Source of the DNA: Felis catus
Lineage: Eukaryota
Assembly (NCBI RefSeq): GCF_018350175.1
Contig: NC_058368.1
Span: 93,064,001 to 93,128,000 of the forward strand
DNA length: 64,000 nt
Reading direction: 5' to 3'
The notes under the pieces are model-generated. The model was not told the origin of the DNA, searched no databases, and saw only the letters and a program-made list of their open reading frames with translations. Each line of letters begins with the position of its first letter. Position 1 is the stretch's first letter. Both the position numbers and the translations under genes were made by a program. Shown here piece after piece: positions 37,380 to 51,673 of this stretch.

Positions 37380-37985
37380 ACCAGTGTTTCTCACGGGGCA
37401 TGGTGGGGGGTGGGAAGGGGCAGGGGGGGTGGGTAGTTCTGCCCCCAGGGGCCCTTTTGGAGAAAGTTTTCTTTGTTCGTCCCTGGGGCCGGGTGTGTGT
37501 GTGGGGGGGGGGGGGGGGGGGTAGGACCAGGGATGCTCTGTGTTCTGTTGTGCTTGGGACAGTCCCATCCAACAGAAGATCTGCGTCCCACTTGACCTTG
37601 AACTGACCTGCTGGACATTCTGTGTACTAAAAACCTGTTCATAATTTTCATAGTTTAGACCTAAATCCATTTTAAATATCCACATGAAATATTTTTGCTC
37701 AATTGTAATATATACACTTTTAAATAAGGCTGTTATTTATAACGTGATTTATAATCATATAATTTATAACACATTTATAATGTAGAAATTGAGGGAATAT
37801 CGTCATTTGTTGTATTTGGGATTTGGCCAAAAGTTTTTCACGTTTCAGAAAATCACATCAGCTATGGCCGTGCCCCTGTGGCTCTTAAATTGCCAGAACA
37901 GTTCACTTTGGCTGAACTAAATTGCATCCAAGTGCTTTTACATAAAAGGTGCAAACTAACTGCTCTTTATGTCTTCTAGGTTAGT
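37380..37985. mobile_element. hAT-Charlie (MER20-related) remnant
   Basis: cagtgtttctca...tgcccccagggg...gaccagggatgct...gggacagtccc. Confidence 0.55.
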
Positions 37986-37988
37986 CCT

Positions 37989-38164
37989 TTTTTAAATTTT
38001 TATTTATTTATATTTTTTGACAGAGAGAGCAGGGGAGGGGCAAAAAGAGAAGGGGAGAGAGAGAATCCAAGCAGGCTTCCGGCTGTCAGCACAAATCCAG
38101 ACTCAGGGCTCGATCTCAGATCAAGAGTCGGATGCTTAACCCACTGAGCCACCTGGGCACCCCC
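37989..38164 (-). mobile_element. Can-SINE
   Basis: TSD taggttagt. Confidence 0.88.
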
Positions 38165-38291
38165 TAGGTTAGTATTGCCCAAAGGTTTAGATACTGAAAT
38201 ACATGCTGTATTTTAAATTGTTACTCCAATTTAATTCTCTGTATTTCAGTTAAGGTGTTATATTGATTTTTGTTTTATAAATCATGTATAC

Positions 38292-38472
38292 AGGAGCTCC
38301 GGGGTGGCTCAGTCAATTGAGTGTCAGACTCTTGATTTCAGCTCAGGTCTCTGATCTCACCATTCATGAGATTGAGTCCCACATTGGGCTCCGAGCTGAA
38401 GGCATGGAGCTGCTTGGGATTCTCTCTCTCCCTGTCTCTCTCTGCCCCTCACATGGCTTGTGCGCTCTCTCT

Positions 38473-38526
<54 letters not shown>

Positions 38527-38564
38527 TTCCCTCTCTCTCTCAAAAATAAAGTAGCTTTAAAAAA
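38292..38564 (+). mobile_element. Can-SINE with an expanded (CT)n
   Basis: TSD aaatcatgtat. Confidence 0.9.
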
Positions 38565-39250
38565 ATCATGTATGTAGATAAGGTATACTATTGAGTTCCA
38601 TTTCAAGATCCTAAAAAGGGGGATTGGGTCCCCTAGGATTGAAAACCATTGCTTAAATGCAGGTGTCTGTTCAGGGAAATCTTTCCTGATGGGCACACAC
38701 ACCTTCGGGCTTTCTCCATCTTTACTTTTAGGAACCCACTTGGTACCATGGCTCTCAGACCTGAAAGTTCTCTCCAGAGAGGGTCATATTTCACTAAACT
38801 CTTTATCAAAGAGACCCCGAATGCTGCTAAGTCTTCCAAGTATGTCGAGGGTATGTTAATGTGATACCATTGTCTTCCTGTAGGTTTTTAACCTAGATCA
38901 TTGTAAAATAATTATGGAGAACTAAGACTGGTAACGTATTGACAGGCAAGTCATTTCTGAACTCCCTCATTCTCACAGAAATGAAAATGCATAAATGAAT
39001 AATAGACAACGTCTTCTCAGGGAAACATAATGTCATTCTTCAAGTTTAAAAATCCATTCTATTATCCCCATTATTTCCTATAGAGACTTTTAGCTTTATT
39101 TCACAGGAAGCCTATGCTCTTACAACATATCCACTGATGGCAGTTACCCAAAGATCAATCTTCTGTATCCACACAGTGGATGAAATTCTCATTAGCCACA
39201 GTTAAACACATGAAAAGAAATTGGTCAATTTATAGAACTGCTCTCCCTCC

Positions 39251-39251
<1 letters not shown>

Positions 39252-39290
<39 letters not shown>
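39252..39290. repeat. (CA)n microsatellite
   Basis: Read directly. Confidence 0.95.
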
Positions 39291-39292
<2 letters not shown>

Positions 39293-39464
39293 CACAGAAC
39301 AGGTGAGGAGGAAGCAAAAGGCAGAGAGAAATGGGGGAAGGAGAGAGGAAGAGAGAGAAGCATTTAGCTTTGCGATTTTCCAAATTACCAGAAGAGAGGA
39401 AAACATTCCAAATGCGCAAGCGTACAAGAGCAGGATGAAATCAAAATAGAAAACTCACTTTGGT

Positions 39465-39665
39465 GGGGTATCCCGGTGACTCAGTCAGTTAAGCATCCAA
39501 CTCTTGATTTAGGCATAGGTCGTGATCTCACAGTTGATGAGTTCAAGCCCTGCATCAGACTCTGTACTGACAGCATGGAGCCTGCTTGGGATTCGCTCTC
39601 TGCCTCTCCCCTACTCACACTGTCTCTCTGTCTCTCCAAATAAATAAACAAACTTAAAAAAGAAA
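39465..39665 (+). mobile_element. Can-SINE
   Basis: TSD agaaaact[c/g]actttggtg. Confidence 0.92.
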
Positions 39666-40464
39666 AGAAAACTGACTTTGGTGTGTTTTAGAGTTAATAA
39701 AGAATTATGCATTTAATGAAAATCAGAACTGGCTCTGGCCTAAATTACAATTGGGCTTTACAAGTAGCCTTTTACTACCTATCTCTGCTGCTTTTCTTGG
39801 GATCTACTTATCAGTAGTGAAGGAAGTCAGTATGTTGGGACCCCCGAGGTTGTAAAGATGTGTTTATGTTTTCACAACTCACTGATAAAAAGAAAAGCAG
39901 GGAAACAGGAAGGGATAAGAAGAAAGTCACATTGATTGGGGCTGTTCACGTTCTCTGGCCTGAAGGAACTTTGTGTAAATTATTTATGGAGTAATGTTAT
40001 ATATAAAATTACTAATATCTTCACTTTAGAGGGCCTTCGCTTAGAAAGGTATTTAGTAAAATCTTTGCACCTACTGGATTTTACATTTTATTTGAATTTA
40101 AGAGGATAATTGTAGGTGTCGGTGTTAACGTTATTACATACTCATATCATTACTTTCAATCTGTTATATATTTTTTCCTCGATCTGTCTTTACCTTTCAT
40201 ATTCACACTTAGTACAAGTTACATGTCACCTTAGTATTCTTTGCCATCAGTTTTTCTCCCTTACCATATTTTGAACTTCTCATAAACACTTAACTATTTT
40301 TTGCTCATATACATGTTTCTGTGTAGATGTTCCACATGTTATTGAATGAAGAACTTCTGAAATAAAGCTAATAGATGGTTCTCAGCCTTGACAACACATT
40401 AAAATCACCTGGAAGCTTAAAAAAATATATCCATGTAATGGGATACCAGGCTTTTGCATAGTTA

Positions 40465-40660
40465 TTTTTTTTTAATGTTTATTATTGAGAAAGCACAAGT
40501 GGGTGAGGGGCAGAGAGACAGGGAGACACAGAATCCAAAGCAGGATCCAGGCTCTGAGCTGTCAGCACAGAACCTGATGTGGGACTCGAACCCACAAACT
40601 GTGATATCATGACCTGAGCTGAAGTAGGATGCTCAACAGACTGAGCCACCCAGGCGCCCC
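40465..40660 (-). mobile_element. Can-SINE inside a MER5-like remnant (about 40375-40720)
   Basis: TSD ttgcata; flanks ggttctcagcctt and cccaggtgattctaatatgcag. Confidence 0.9.
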
Positions 40661-41418
40661 TTGCATATTTAGTTTTTAATGCTTCCCAGGTGATTCTAAT
40701 ATGCAGGTAAAGGTGGCCACCTTTGATTTGGACCAGTGGCAAATAAGAGATACATGTCCCCCCCTCCTTTCTGAGCGGTTGACACTCAGTACTTTCCTCC
40801 TTTGGCCCTAGGTGTATGCCTTCATTGGAGCTCTTTTTATGGTTGTATGTCTTAATTGAATCGCTTATTTTATTTGCTTTTACTTAAAATCAAAATTACA
40901 AGCACGTAGTTGGGGTTTGGAGCAAGATCATGTAGATCTTTCACTTCTCTGGGTCTTCAACTGGTAGACATCAAAGTATCAGCTTCATTATGGACATAAA
41001 ACGGATCTGGACACCATCCCTTTGACTAGAGCCCATTGGGCTGCCCAGTGTTCTGATGATTCACCACTAAAGTAGATGGAGTTGTAGGTACACCTCATAA
41101 CCCAGGGGGAGTCATCTCTCCTTGGGGAAGCTTATTGCACAGAAAACCAGATAGGTCTGCTCTGTGGGTAAGTAGAGCAGGGAGAGGGGCTGAGCTATGC
41201 CTGTTTGGTTCCTTTGCCCAGATTCTCCATCCCTCACCTCTTCAAATCCAGGAGTAATAGATTGCCTCCACCTTTCCCACCACAATACACAATACACAGG
41301 TTCAATGATTAAATAATGTTAGAGACAACCATTTTTCATCTTTAACTGTGATCTCTTTTTCCCCCTCTTTGAAACTTTTTAAGATCTCCTTATTCCTAGT
41401 ACTTTGAAATTGACCGTG

Positions 41419-41600
41419 GGGGCTCCTAGCTGGCTCAGTCGGTAGAGCATGTGACTCTTGATCTCGGGGTCATGAGTTCAAGTTCCATGTTGGGTGTGGA
41501 GCCTACTTTAAAAAAAAGACTTAAAAAATTAATTAATAAAATAAAAACCGAAGCTCAGAATAATTAGAAAAATAATAAAAATGAAAAAAATAAATAAAAT
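41419..41600 (+). mobile_element. Short tRNA-derived carnivore SINE without a CT linker
   Basis: ggggctcctagctggctcagtcggtagagcatgtgactcttgatctcggggtcatgagttcaag followed by an A-tail. Confidence 0.85.
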
Positions 41601-41619
41601 TTACTGTGACCACCCCCCA

Positions 41620-43560
41620 CCCCCATTGACTTAGGTCTTTTCTTATTCCCTATGCAGATACCAACTAGAATCTTTGAGATCCCTGCCTTCCAGTTTTCCT
41701 GGAAAAACCAAAGAAATAAAAGAATGTTTTCATTTCTTTCCTTCCACTTTCTGTGTTCTAGAAATTCAGTTATTAGGCCATCTATGTTGATTCTCTGAGA
41801 ACCAACCTTTTTCTTCTCCTTTTACCCTTGTCTTTTTGTCTTTTCTACTTTCTGGGAGGTTTCTTCCAATTTATATTCTTATCATGTTATGTTATTTTTT
41901 TCACTGTAATATTTTTTAAGTTCCCCTCTTTTGTTCTTTGCACATTTTTGTTAGTATCCCGTTCCTGTTTTATGGATGCCATCATTTCCCTTAGGTCTTT
42001 CCTGACAGAAATTAGAGAGTTCAGGACTCCTGTCCCCATCACCCTGCATTGTGTCCAGGTTCTCCTGTTTCTTCCCTCCTCCCATTCTTTCTTTGCTTTC
42101 TTCCTTTTTTGTCTGTATCTTTTCTATAGAGAATATACTTCAAATGTGCGCTGACCATCTATGGTTCTTTCATGTCAGGAGTGCGAATTGGGAGCTCTGT
42201 ATGGGGAGAGGAGCTTGTTGTCTGGTGAAACTTCCTGTAGGGTGGGTAAGTGGACAGCTGCATTTTTCATGAGGGGATCCTTGATGTTGGTACATGAATG
42301 CCTTTTCACTGAAACTGTTCTGTTTCTCCAAAGGAAAATATTCTTTGTCTATAATAGTGAATTCTATTATAGGGTCAGGGATGGGGAGTGAAGAAAGGAA
42401 ACTGGAGAAGCTGTTATTCAGTTTGGAAACTTGAATTTCATCCCCATGTTTTCGGCTCCAAAGAACTTTCCTGACCTTAGCTGGGCCCTGGGTCAGAATC
42501 TCCATTCTGTCCCCAGAGAATGAACTCTGTCTCCTGTTAGTTGTCTGGTAGTACCAACCAGGGACAGGCACCTGACCCTCTGCATGATACCTGGTTTCTT
42601 GAAGTTGTGAACCTTCCATGGGTTCTATGACACTTTGTGCCTTTTAATTGGAGGTATTTAGGCCATTTATATTTAATATGGTTACCAATATGCTTGGATA
42701 AAGCTGTCCTCTGGCTGTTTGTTTTCTATTTGTCCCATCTTTTCTTTGTCCCTTTTATCTATTTCTGCTTTCTTTTTGGATTACTTATTTTTTATTTTTC
42801 CATCTTATATCCTTTAATGTGTTATTAGTTAGTACACTTTGGTGTATTATTTTAGTGGGTCTTTTAGGGTTACAGCATACCTAGACACTTAGGTATACTG
42901 TAACTAAATTATCACAGTCTTATCTTCATTTGAAATGATACCACTTACTACAACCTGTCTTTAAGTGATATTGAACCACTTTACATATAGTACTTGCACT
43001 TCACCAGCCTTGGGGTTTTATATGCATGTACTAATCACTACTCAGCTGAATAATCAGGAAGACTCCTGTGCAGATCTCTGGGTCTCCCTCAGTGCAGACT
43101 TCTTCTGTCTGGATTTTGACACTTTGAACTCCAGATCTCTCTGGATTTCCAACTCTGTCCCTGAACTTGGGGAGAATTTTGGACAGTGCCTGGTTTCTCT
43201 CCCTCGGCTACATCCTGCAGATTCTCTTCAGATATTAAGCTGAGGCGATTGTATGACCACTTTGGTTGTTTACCATCTCTGAGGGATCACTGTCCTTTAT
43301 TAGTAGATGATCTATGTCTTGTTAACCATTGTTTCAAATATTTGGTCTGGTTTTGTAGTTGTTTCAGGAGGCAGTGTAAGTACAGTCCCTTGTTTCTTCT
43401 TGGCTGGAAACAGAATTCCTTGTGTACTTTTGTTTGTATAAAAATGTGTTATTTTTCATGCTCTGATTTCTCCTTTCTTTCTTTTTGTTCTTGTGGGTTT
43501 AGACATTTTTTTCAACTGCCTTACTATCCTTTAGTGGCATCTTTGGAGAGAAAGGTGGAT
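41620..43560 (-). mobile_element. Ancient LINE-1 fragments
   Basis: T-rich strand with L1M-like segments such as ctggctgtttgttttctatttgtcccatct. Confidence 0.5.
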
Positions 43561-46019
43561 TCACAAGAGGCAACGGGTGGTTTAAATCTCCATAATACTT
43601 TTTACTCTACAACCAAGGCTGGTATGTGAGATCAGAGCTGACAATTGAGATGAAGTCTTTTTGCCATTTGTAGTATTAACAGTATGTTTAACAGAAGAAG
43701 ACTAATGAACGTAGTTTGTCAGCTGTTAACCTCCAGTGTTGAATTATTTTTTGTCAGTGTAAAAATACCTAGAAGTTGCCCACAGATCTTGGAACAGAAC
43801 ATGACAGATCTGATTCGCGTTAATTGATGAGCAAGACTCATTCCTGTCCCCTTTTTGTATCTCTGTATATGTGATCCTGAAGGCCTAGAACGTGGCTAGG
43901 GGCACATCAGTTTGAGAACAAATGTTTCACATTGTCATGCTACTTAATTCAATAAAGACAGTCTTTGTCCTTAAATTCTTTATAGTTAAGATTCTAGGGG
44001 CATGTTAGATGAGCAAATTACACATTACATGTCTTATGACCCAAGTTAACGTTGGCTGATGGTGCTAGACATCTCTACAGAGGACCACCTGAAGTACCCT
44101 GTTGACCAAAAGCTTTGTGGAGTCTGGAAAAGGGGACCAATGAGTAGATTCTCAAAATACAAATCAGGGCCCAGGGGGGTGGAGGAGGAATCACACCTGT
44201 AAACAAAGCCACGAAAGAGGATGGCATAGTGCCAGCCACTCGTGTGGCCAAAGCTCCTGTTGCTTCTGGAAAGATGCTGAGAGAGAGTCCGGGGTGCAGG
44301 GCAGATGCTACCTCATTCAGGGAAGAATTCAGTAATGCCCTGGGAAAGATAACCTGACAAATTTAAACAAGTATCACAGAAAGCTGTCATATTTGTGATA
44401 TAAGAACAAGTGGGAGACCCACTTGAGAAAATGGCAACAGTGAAAAAATGAATGGAAACCAAGAAAAGGAATATTTTGCCTTTTTTCCAAACCTTAAAGC
44501 CGATCTCACAACCATTATGTCTATGAAACGTGCACTGCTCTAAAACAGTGCAGTAAGTCTTCTCTCCAAACTCCAGAGTTCTTATTTTAAAAGCTTGAGA
44601 TCATCAGGCCTCCCTTGCTCTAATTTTAATCTTATTTGATGTATTTTTAATTAAACAAGGATTCATACTGATCAGAATTTGAAATTTGCCACTTTGAGTC
44701 ATTTCTTCACGTCTTTCATAGAATAGTTCTTGTGAAGAAGGTTGGAATTGTCTAAGTTTGTGAAATAAACATCTGTAAACAGTGTCTTGAAATTTTTTTC
44801 TTTACCCTTTACATTGTGCAGATTAATCACTCACAGTGGTGTGAATCTGGCATAGTTCCAAACCTGGCAGTGTTCTAAGGGATAATATCATCCTGCTGAT
44901 AAGTTTGATATTTTAGTTGCCAGGAAAGAAATCTTGATTATTCAAATAGTGCCTAATGCGGTTCCCTAATTGCTTCCCTCTTGACTATTCACAAGTAAGT
45001 ATGTCTGAATGTAATATAAACATTAGTCCAAGATGTTATTTTTCCATATTGGTGAGCTACGTTTCAGGCAGATTTATTATTTCATAAGCAGAAAAAAAAA
45101 TAATTTACCATTGAATCCCAAGCCCTAAAATACCAATTCCTAGAAAGTTTATTTCTAATTAGGCCCTTCACTACAGGATTACAGTGTCTGACCCAAAATA
45201 ATGTGCGTAGTATATAATGAATATTGACAGAACGATAGAATGGTGTAATGCTTGAGAGTCTTTGCAAAGAGTCAAATTTGTGTATTTAAAACCTGGGCAT
45301 TTATTAAGGTAAGCAACTAAAGAGGAATCGGGTTGCCTAAACGTTCCAGTGAATGCTTTTTATGGTAATTTTCAAAACTGTTTACTTCTCCGAGCTTTGG
45401 AAACCAAATTGGAAAGAACAGATGGGCAAGCTCTCCATATCCATGACGAAGTTGAGATATCTTTGTGGACACCAGCCATGAAGGTTTCCCTTGGAGACCT
45501 TTGTTCATAGTCTGAAATCTCACATGCCTCTTTGTAGGTGCACATGTGTCCTGGCCATTCATGGTGTGGAAATAACTTGAGGATTTCACTGGCACACGAT
45601 CGCATTTTCTAAGTGATTGAGGACACCTGGTTGATAGAGGGTGGGGACTATCACTGTTTTGGCCAAAAGGTTGCCTTGGTCTTAAAGTAATGATGTAACA
45701 TGAGAAAATCCAAGCGAAGGGCTGAACACATAGCGGGTGCTCCACAAATACTACAGATGCATCAGGGAATTAGAGTCTTCACCTCTTCAGTGTCTCAGAT
45801 CTTTATGTCGATCGTGCTTTGTTAAGAGGCCTTGTCTCACAACTAAAGACTGTATGGGACATGAGTGCCCCTGCCACCCCTCTCTTGTGCAGCACACACC
45901 CACACCAGGGGAATGTGTTCCCTATTTTAGGCAGGTGCTTGATGAAAAATACAGAGAGTCCCAATATCATGAAAGAGTTATCATCTAAAGCTTATTTCAA
46001 AGGGTCTTGTTTTAAAAAA

Positions 46020-46069
46020 TTGTCTTAATGCTTATTTTTGAAAGAGAGAGAGAGCATGAGTGAGGAAGG

Positions 46070-46123
<54 letters not shown>

Positions 46124-46253
46124 GAATCCAAAGCAGGCTCCAGGCTCTGAACTGTCAGCACAGAGCCTGATGCGGGGCTCAAACCTACCAACCATGAGAT
46201 TGTGACCTGAGCTGAAGTTGGACGCTTAACCGACTGAGCCACCCAGGCGCCCC
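46020..46253 (-). mobile_element. Can-SINE
   Basis: Typical body with (GA)n. Confidence 0.92.
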
Positions 46254-46944
46254 TAAGCGTCTTGTTTAAAATAAAAACCACATTCGCCCATGGAGGTCTT
46301 ATTACACAGGCCCAGCATGCCCCCAGAGTAGGTCACAGAGCCCATTAGCTCATGTTGCAGCTGAAGTATAGCACCGATTGCATCACAGATGAGGGTGAAT
46401 GCACTCATTTGTCTTCCTGGAAAGCTAGGAATGCACTTGACCTCTATTTTGGCAATGACAGCCTCTCGACCTGGCCATTCTGGGAAGAGGAGATTCTACA
46501 GCTGGGTCCTGGTGGCAGTTCACTAGGGTGGAATGGTGGAGATTTCTAGCCTCCTACCACCCAAGACTCACGGTGTGCTCTTCGGCAAGGATTGAGCATG
46601 GGCAAGCTAGGAGATTATGAGCATGCTTTGGAGAGCAAGAAATGAGGCCAGGAAAACCCTCCCCAGTAGTATCTGAGAGCTGTGAAGGAAAGTGGTCCTT
46701 AGGAGACTTTGGGTGAAGAGCCAAGAATACCCGTGGTGACCAGAGTCTGGGGTCTGACTGCCGCGGAGACTAGAGGAGGGGCACTCTGCTCCATGACTAC
46801 ATAGCACACCCATCCAGGGCAAGTTCTTCTGGGGTAACAACTCACTTGGCCTCACTGTCGTGTGCATGGCGGATAGCAGTGTCTCCATGATGGGCCAGCA
46901 TTACTGTTCAGTGCTGCTAATTCAAATAAACACTGTAGGATATC

Positions 46945-47146
46945 TTTTTTTAAGGTTTGTTTATTTTTGAGAGAGAGCGTGAACGTGCAAGCAGGGGAGG
47001 GGCAGAGAGAGAAGGGGACAGAGGATCTGAAGCAGGCCCCACGCTGACAGCAGAGAGCCTCACGCAGGGCTCGAACTCAGAAACCGAGAGATCATGACCT
47101 GAGCCAAAGTTGGATGCTCAACCGACTGAGCCACCCAGGTGCCCCC
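46945..47146 (-). mobile_element. Can-SINE
   Basis: TSD taggatat. Confidence 0.92.
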
Positions 47147-47881
47147 ATAGGATATATATTTCTGATATAAAAACCCTCCTCCTCCCCCACACCACAGAAA
47201 TCTTGATACCTCAAAGACGAATTAGGATAAACTATATCCCTCGCTCTCTTTTTGACTGCAAGCTGTCCGTGTGTAACTAGTGAGGCAGTGATTTCTATCA
47301 AGCTCCGGTTCTGGGCAGGGACTGTGCAATCAGTGGCACATTTGTGTCTTCAAGGAAGCCAGCTAGAGCAGGACCTTCAGGTAGACAGTCTCAGTAATGT
47401 CCTGTGGGGGAGGAATACAGAGGATGCTGAGGGCATGCAGGGGAGGGGCTGGGAGAAGAGCAGACAGAAAAGGCTCCACCTGCATTTAATTTGAAGGATG
47501 ACTAGGAGTTGGCTCATCACAGAAATAAAGGTAGCAAAGGGAACAGCATGGCTCCTCCTACTGGAAGGGTGCGGGGAGAGATTACAGATTGCATGCAGTA
47601 CCACATACGGTCCCATTAAGTTGGGCACATCAGCAGGCGTCAAGGAATGAGGAACCACGAGAAAGGCATGGGCAGAGTTCAGAAAGAAATGTGCATTTGT
47701 CAGTTTCTACCAGTGAAAAAAGCGCTTGTCCTGTTTTATAGCTTCCCTTTCAGATTGTTTTTCAAGTTGAGGAACGTCCTGATGTCTGTCAGATTGCTCA
47801 GGGACACCTCAATTTTATTGACACATAATAGTGAGATTTGAAAACCTTCCGGTAGATCAGTTTATGGAAGCTACTTAGTGA

Positions 47882-48145
<264 letters not shown>

Positions 48146-48551
48146 TAGACCATGAAGGCATGAAGGTGCACAGTGTGATCTGATTGCAAGCTACTAGGTT
48201 TCCCAACAGCCAGCAGCCAGTATAAATAATCTAATCAGTTCTAGGTTGCGAGAGAACATGGCTGGTTTTGATCTTCATTCTTAGCGTGATACAGCTCCAT
48301 GAAGCATCAGTGGCTATTGGATTGCTTTTTGTGGGGAGAGGCACTCGTTTTGATGAGCAAATCTGGTCTCCAAGCTGCAGCCAGGAAGTTCTTCATTTCA
48401 GTCTGGGTCCTCTCATTGTTATAAGAGCGAGGTACACTTTCTCTTCTCTGAAACGCGCTTTCCTTATCTGCAAAATGCGGACCATAACAACCTATCTTGA
48501 AGTGTGCTGAAGGGCTGAAAAATTGCATTTTCTCAATCACAGAATTAGATT

Positions 48552-48674
48552 ACAGTTGACCCTCAAGCAACATGGGTTTTGACTGCACGGTCTAAGGATA
48601 TGCAGATTTTTTTTTCCAATAAATACAGTGTAGTACTGTAAATGTATTTTCTCTTCCTTATGAGTTTCTTTTTT

Positions 48675-48722
<48 letters not shown>

Positions 48723-48723
48723 T

Positions 48724-48767
<44 letters not shown>

Positions 48768-48985
48768 GGTTTATTTATTTACTTTGCGAGAGGGAGTAAG
48801 AGAGCATGAGCAGGGGAGAGGCAGAGAGAGAAAGAGAGAGAGAGAATCCTAGCACAGAGCCTGATGTAAGGCTCGAACTCATGAATAATGATGTCATGAC
48901 CTAAGCTGAGACCAAGAGTGGGACACTTAACTGACTGAGCCACCCAGATGCCCCTTCCTTATGGTTTTCTTAATAATATTTTCTT
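48552..48985. mobile_element. TcMar-Tigger (Tigger2-like) fragment interrupted by a SINE
   Basis: ta|cagttgaccctcaagcaacatgggttttgactgcacgg terminus. Confidence 0.7.
48668..48954 (-). mobile_element. Can-SINE with a (GAAA)n-expanded tail
   Basis: (TTTC)n at about 48672-48767; TSD ttccttatg. Confidence 0.9.
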
Positions 48986-50684
48986 TCCTCCATCCTGGGA
49001 AAGTTGACTTCTGAGCTCAGGTGTGAAGGGTGAATAGCCAGGCAGTGTGGCAAGAAGGAAGGGCATCCAGGAGGAGGAAATGGTTTATTTGAAGGTAGTG
49101 AGTCAAGGGGGAGCTTGGTACCTTCGAGCAAGGTCATTGGGCCAGGGGTGAAAAGTGGGACAGTGCCATGGCATGAGGCTGGGACGGGTGGCCAGGTCTT
49201 GCGGAACCCTTGAGAAAAGTCTGCTGCCCGTAGCGACATGTCACTGTTCTTCTGTGACGCAGCACAAGTTCCTACGTGATCACTACCCCGTACCCACCCC
49301 GATTTGACCAGGACTAATTGGTTCCATGTATTTTAGGTGTATACACATTGGAGGCCAGCAGGCTATCTCAAATTGATGACAATGTAGTATGAACTTTTCA
49401 GTGTTTAAGCCAGACGTAGCTTCTAATCGATGCACTGTGTTCAGTGACCTGGGTTCTGTCCATTTCTCATCTGCTTTGTGTGGTTTGGCAACAGCAAAAA
49501 GTATCATCTTGATGCTTCTTTGATCTTCTGCTTACATGTTGGGCTATGAGAACGAGTACCAGGAGCTCCTAAGCCAGGAAATTCCCAGCATTTCTGATGT
49601 TAGGCATCCCTCCCAATGCCCCCACTGTGTCCACCCCCATGCTGGCAGCAGAGGGACAGGATCTCCATGTGAGGGCCTCTGAATGGTGGCCAGGGCAACA
49701 TGCACCCTGCTAGCAGCTGCCTCAGAAGATTGTTCCAAGAGTTCTAACTGGCTGGAAGGACTGAGCTGCCCAGGGCATAGATGGAGTGGGAACATTCTTC
49801 TCCCACTTGGTAGTAACCAAACGGGGATTAAGGCAGCTAGATGTGAAAATAAAATCTGGGCCAATTTTAAGGTCATCAGTGGTAACAAGAGGCCCATTTC
49901 AAGTCCCAATTGTACAGAATACGATCTGGGGTTATAATTTAACATGGTTTGCTTGTACAAGAAAAATACTTTTGTGCATCTTAATGAACTTTTTTGTTTT
50001 TTTGTTTTTTGTTTTTTTCATTACAATGGGTAGCGCCCATTCTGCTCACTGTTGGATCACTTCCTCCTTTTTCCTCAGAAGAGATAGCATTTTATCATAT
50101 AGCATAATGCTTTGGGAAATGAAATGTGCATGGGTGTATTTTTGGAGGGCCATAACAAGCCCACGAGGGACATGAATGATGCTATTTATACACACAGAAC
50201 TGGTAATTACAGAGTCTTTCCCCTTAAGCTTCTTAGAAACAATTTCCTTGGTGTTCCTTTCTGGCAAGATGTCCCCCCCCACCCCCACTCCTTTATTGTT
50301 GAATCAGGTATGACTCAGGGCTTGTGCAAATAGCCTAATATGCAGTGGATCATAGCCAGATTGGAGATTAACCTTGCCTGGATCCTGTGGTACTTGTAGC
50401 TTTCCTTGCTTTTTTCTTTGCCCTTCCTGTCTTTCTAGCCTCATCAGACAGCACACATCTTCTATTTAGTTGTTTGAACCACTCCTTTGCTTAGATGTCA
50501 CTGGTGATCCTACTTCACAAAAGAAATGAAGTTATAATCCACTTATAATCTATATGGACACAAACGTGTTGTGTGCACTGAAATTTATAGCGACCTCATT
50601 GCCACTGTCTAGATTCCTGGTGAAACAGGCCCTCTGTTCTCAGCCTGAAAAGCTCCACTCTATTTCCCTTCTAAGGGACAGATT

Positions 50685-51103
50685 CCTTCCCTTCCCTTCC
50701 CTTCCCTTCCCTTCCCTTCCCTTCCCTTCCCTCCCCTCCCCTCCCCTCCCCTCCCCTCCCCTCCCCTCCCCTCCCCTCCCCTCCCCTCCCCTCCCCTCCC
50801 CTCCCCTCCCCTCCCCTTCCCTTCCCTTCCCTTCCCTTCCCTTCCCTTCCCTTTTTCCTTCCCTTTCCTTTCCTTTTTCCTTCCCTTCCCTTTCTTTCAA
50901 CATTTATTTGTTTTTGAGAGACTGAGGGAGACAGAGCCTGAGCAGGGGAGGGGCAAATAGTGAGGGAGACACAGAATCCGAAACAGACTTCAGGCTCTGA
51001 GCTGTCAGCACAGAGCCCGGCATGGGGCTCGAACCCACGAACTATGAGATCATGACCTGAGCCGAAGTTGGACACTCAACCGACTGAGCCACCCAGGAAC
51101 CCC
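50685..51103 (-). mobile_element. Can-SINE with a (GGGAA)n/(GGGGA)n-expanded tail
   Basis: TSD gggacagatt at 50675-50684 and 51104-51113. Confidence 0.92.
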
Positions 51104-51631
51104 GGGACAGATTTCTTTCTTAACTGGCCCCACCCAAAATGGTTTACTTGCATGTAGAGAAATTCAGTAATCTTGGACGAGCCTATGTGAAATGCTAGGA
51201 GGAATAGGATTGTGTCTGTCCCTAGCCCAGGCAGCCTCCCGTTGAGTCGGGGCCCAGAGCAGTCTCCTGGGGGCGAGCTTGGGGAGTTAATTCTATCCCT
51301 TGTAAATTTCCCAGGGATCGGCAGTGTATGCTGGAGGTTTCCTACAAACTTGTACAGTGTTTGCCTGTACAGTGTTTGGCTGGCAGTATAGATACCTAGA
51401 AAAAGATCACTTGTTTTCACAGTTCATATAAAAGGTTAGTTTCCTTAAGCTGAAATATGTTTTGTCAGATACTCCCCCCCCCCAAGAGACTTAAATACCA
51501 GTTTGTCACCTGGGGATTATCTAAGCCAGATATGGCTTCCTTTTTGGGGGGGGGGATTTATTTGCCTGTTGCCCCTTGGGCTTTCTGCAATGCATGTTTA
51601 GATAAACTGTACAATGTCAGATTTCCCCTGG

Positions 51632-51673
<42 letters not shown>

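Noticed and set aside
37955..37985. Recursive-splice-like motif actaac...tcttctag|gttagt
   Set aside because: The donor is non-consensus, the site lies in a DNA-transposon remnant, and it coincides with a SINE TSD.
41419..41495. tRNA-Lys-like sequence
   Set aside because: It is degenerate, continues into an A-rich tail, and matches the tRNA-derived head of a carnivore SINE rather than a functional tRNA.
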